64,000 nt of DNA from Candidatus Thorarchaeota archaeon (GTDB taxonomy: Archaea; Asgardarchaeota; Thorarchaeia; Thorarchaeales; Thorarchaeaceae). The translations under genes were made by a program, and so were the position numbers. Shown in pieces: positions 62,465-64,000 of this stretch. The notes below the pieces were generated by a model. That model ran no database searches, was not told where the DNA came from, and saw nothing but the letters and a program-made list of their open reading frames with translations. Each line of letters opens with the position of its first letter. Position 1 is the stretch's first letter. The stretch is taken from the NCBI GenBank assembly GCA_963726195.1, contig CAVSBO010000005.1:168646-232645 (forward strand). The letters are read 5' to 3'.

Positions 62465-63247
62465 ATGATACGGCGGGCATTCCTGGTGAGGATTGACGGG
62501 GAGGTACTGTACGCTAAATCATATGGCGAGAGCGACTCTCCGTCGGAACACTCAATTCCTCCACATGCGCGCGCCTGTGTCATGCTCTTCGGTTCCAGCA
62601 GTAGTACCGTCCCTGAGGAGTTATACACTCAGGACCAAGAAGAAACCCGTTGGGCATACATGTTCTTCAACTCCTTCGCAGTCGTCTTGTGGGCAACATC
62701 TGATGAGAAGAGTCCTCATCTCAAGAAGCGCATGATATCACTCGGACGAGCAGTATCCGTAGCTTACGGAGCAGTAATGGCTTCTTGGTCGGGCGATATG
62801 AGCCAGATTGAAGACATGGATCGTCTGGTTAGCAGCTACATGACGATGGAAATCGGCCGCCCGTCTCAGGAGCTGATTGCAGGAATCGAGTCACTTGTTG
62901 ATGCTACTCTTGAGTCGCACACTGTTGCGTACGCAGGAGTGTTCGATGCTGCGGGCGATTTGATTCATGGGACTGTGCCGGAGAGACACGCAGCCATCAT
63001 CCAGTCTGAGATTGCTCGAGGGGCTGCTAAGCCGGACGTGGATTTTGTTCCTACCGGAATCACAATCGAGGGACACCAAGTCTTTTTGCTTAGAGTCCAG
63101 TCCTTCACAGTTGTCGCTGCTTCCTACAGAGATGAGGGCAGACTGACTGCTACAGAAGCAGTGAGCGAGATTGCGCACGCTCTGGATGCGCGTCTGCGTG
63201 AGGGGCCAAAAGCATCCAAGAAAGGGCGCGGGCGACGGAAGACTTAG
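62465..63247 (+). CDS. Longin-like plus roadblock/profilin-like two-domain protein
   Basis: N-terminus MIRRAFLVRIDGEVLYAKSY resembles a longin/sigma-adaptin start. The C-terminal alpha-beta-beta-alpha-beta-beta-beta-alpha unit contains AGVFDAAGDLI. Confidence 0.6.
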   Translation: MIRRAFLVRIDGEVLYAKSYGESDSPSEHSIPPHARACVMLFGSSSSTVPEELYTQDQEETRWAYMFFNSFAVVLWATSDEKSPHLKKRMISLGRAVSVAYGAVMASWSGDMSQIEDMDRLVSSYMTMEIGRPSQELIAGIESLVDATLESHTVAYAGVFDAAGDLIHGTVPERHAAIIQSEIARGAAKPDVDFVPTGITIEGHQVFLLRVQSFTVVAASYRDEGRLTATEAVSEIAHALDARLREGPKASKKGRGRRKT

Positions 63248-63335
63248 CGACAATCTCTGATCACTTTGCCCTCGGCGAAATACAGAAGTACCCCAAACCA
63301 TCGTGGGACTATGCGTACGAAATGGAGGATTCGCT

Positions 63336-63980
63336 ATGTTTGTTCTAGGCATTTCTGGTTCCCCCCGAGGGGAGAAATCCAGCACGCGTTTCTTGCTGAC
63401 CAAAGCTCTCGAGGCCGCTGCCAGCGTCCTATCGACAACCGGGAAAGAGAGAACCACAGAGCTGCTCGATTTGACTGCATATCAAATCCGTAGATGCACT
63501 GGGTGCGACGCGTGCGTTAGGAAGAAACCGTGTCCTGAGAGCGAGAAGGATGACATGTCGATGATCGAGGAGAAGCTACGCCGGGCAGACGGCATCATCA
63601 TTGGAGCTCCCTCGTATTTCACATCCGTCCCAGGAATTCTAAAGGACTTCATGGACCGTTCCAGACCACTAAAGATGCTGGACAACCAGCTGAAGGACAA
63701 AGTGTTTGGTGCCATAACCTACGGTGGTCTGCGATATGGAGGACAAGAGCCAGTTGTGGACTTGCTCAACAGGTTTGCTCTAGTACATGGCATGATAGTT
63801 GTTGGGGCCATCGGTAACCCCGCGAAAGATGGCACATTCGGTTCAGGTTGCATGCAGACAGACGATGGGAAGTGGAGATCTTCGAAGGATGACCAGATGG
63901 CAATAGACAGCAGTGTATTAGTGGGATTGCGAGTTGCTAAAGTCGTGAAACAGCTAAGAGGCGCGGCGGGCCAACGTTGA
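63336..63980 (+). CDS. Iron-sulfur flavoprotein / NADPH-dependent FMN reductase family
   Basis: GISGSPR, CTGCDAC....C, ADGIIIGAPSYF, KDFMDR, GGQE. Confidence 0.9.
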   Translation: MFVLGISGSPRGEKSSTRFLLTKALEAAASVLSTTGKERTTELLDLTAYQIRRCTGCDACVRKKPCPESEKDDMSMIEEKLRRADGIIIGAPSYFTSVPGILKDFMDRSRPLKMLDNQLKDKVFGAITYGGLRYGGQEPVVDLLNRFALVHGMIVVGAIGNPAKDGTFGSGCMQTDDGKWRSSKDDQMAIDSSVLVGLRVAKVVKQLRGAAGQR

Positions 63981-64000
63981 AACGACCAGTGACTGCGGGC

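Noticed and set aside
1-64000. tRNA, rRNA, transposase, integrase or prophage genes
   Set aside because: None were recognised by eye; a tRNAscan-SE/Infernal run would be needed to exclude small RNAs.

Overview
This is a gene-dense archaeal window, most likely from an Asgard archaeon (Thorarchaeia-like). It encodes a Rab-like GTPase, two gelsolin-domain proteins, a longin/roadblock-type protein, a geranylgeranyl reductase, and POR and IOR ferredoxin oxidoreductases. About 15 genes are split by single-base indels, which looks like long-read sequencing error rather than real pseudogenisation. I found no rRNA, tRNA, CRISPR array or transposase. The best candidate for an undescribed system is a tightly coupled minus-strand operon (3627-18571) of five genes. 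In order: an ABC-2 permease; an ABC ATPase with two N-terminal TrmB-like sugar-binding subdomains; a 1446-aa membrane-anchored subtilase whose catalytic Ser is replaced by Ala and which carries a GIFT (GldG/IFT52/site-1-protease-type) domain; a second ABC ATPase; and a ~2250-aa single-pass surface protein with an FG-GAP/BBS2-like propeller, ~70 Ca-binding repeats and a cytoplasmic Ig-like tail. Other highlights are a cytoplasmic propeller-Ig-Rab fusion, four translationally coupled TrmB-like paralogs, an apparently ATPase-dead Hef-like helicase, a long bactofilin-like protein and a divergent Alba-family protein. All domain calls were made by reading motifs by eye; no database search was run.
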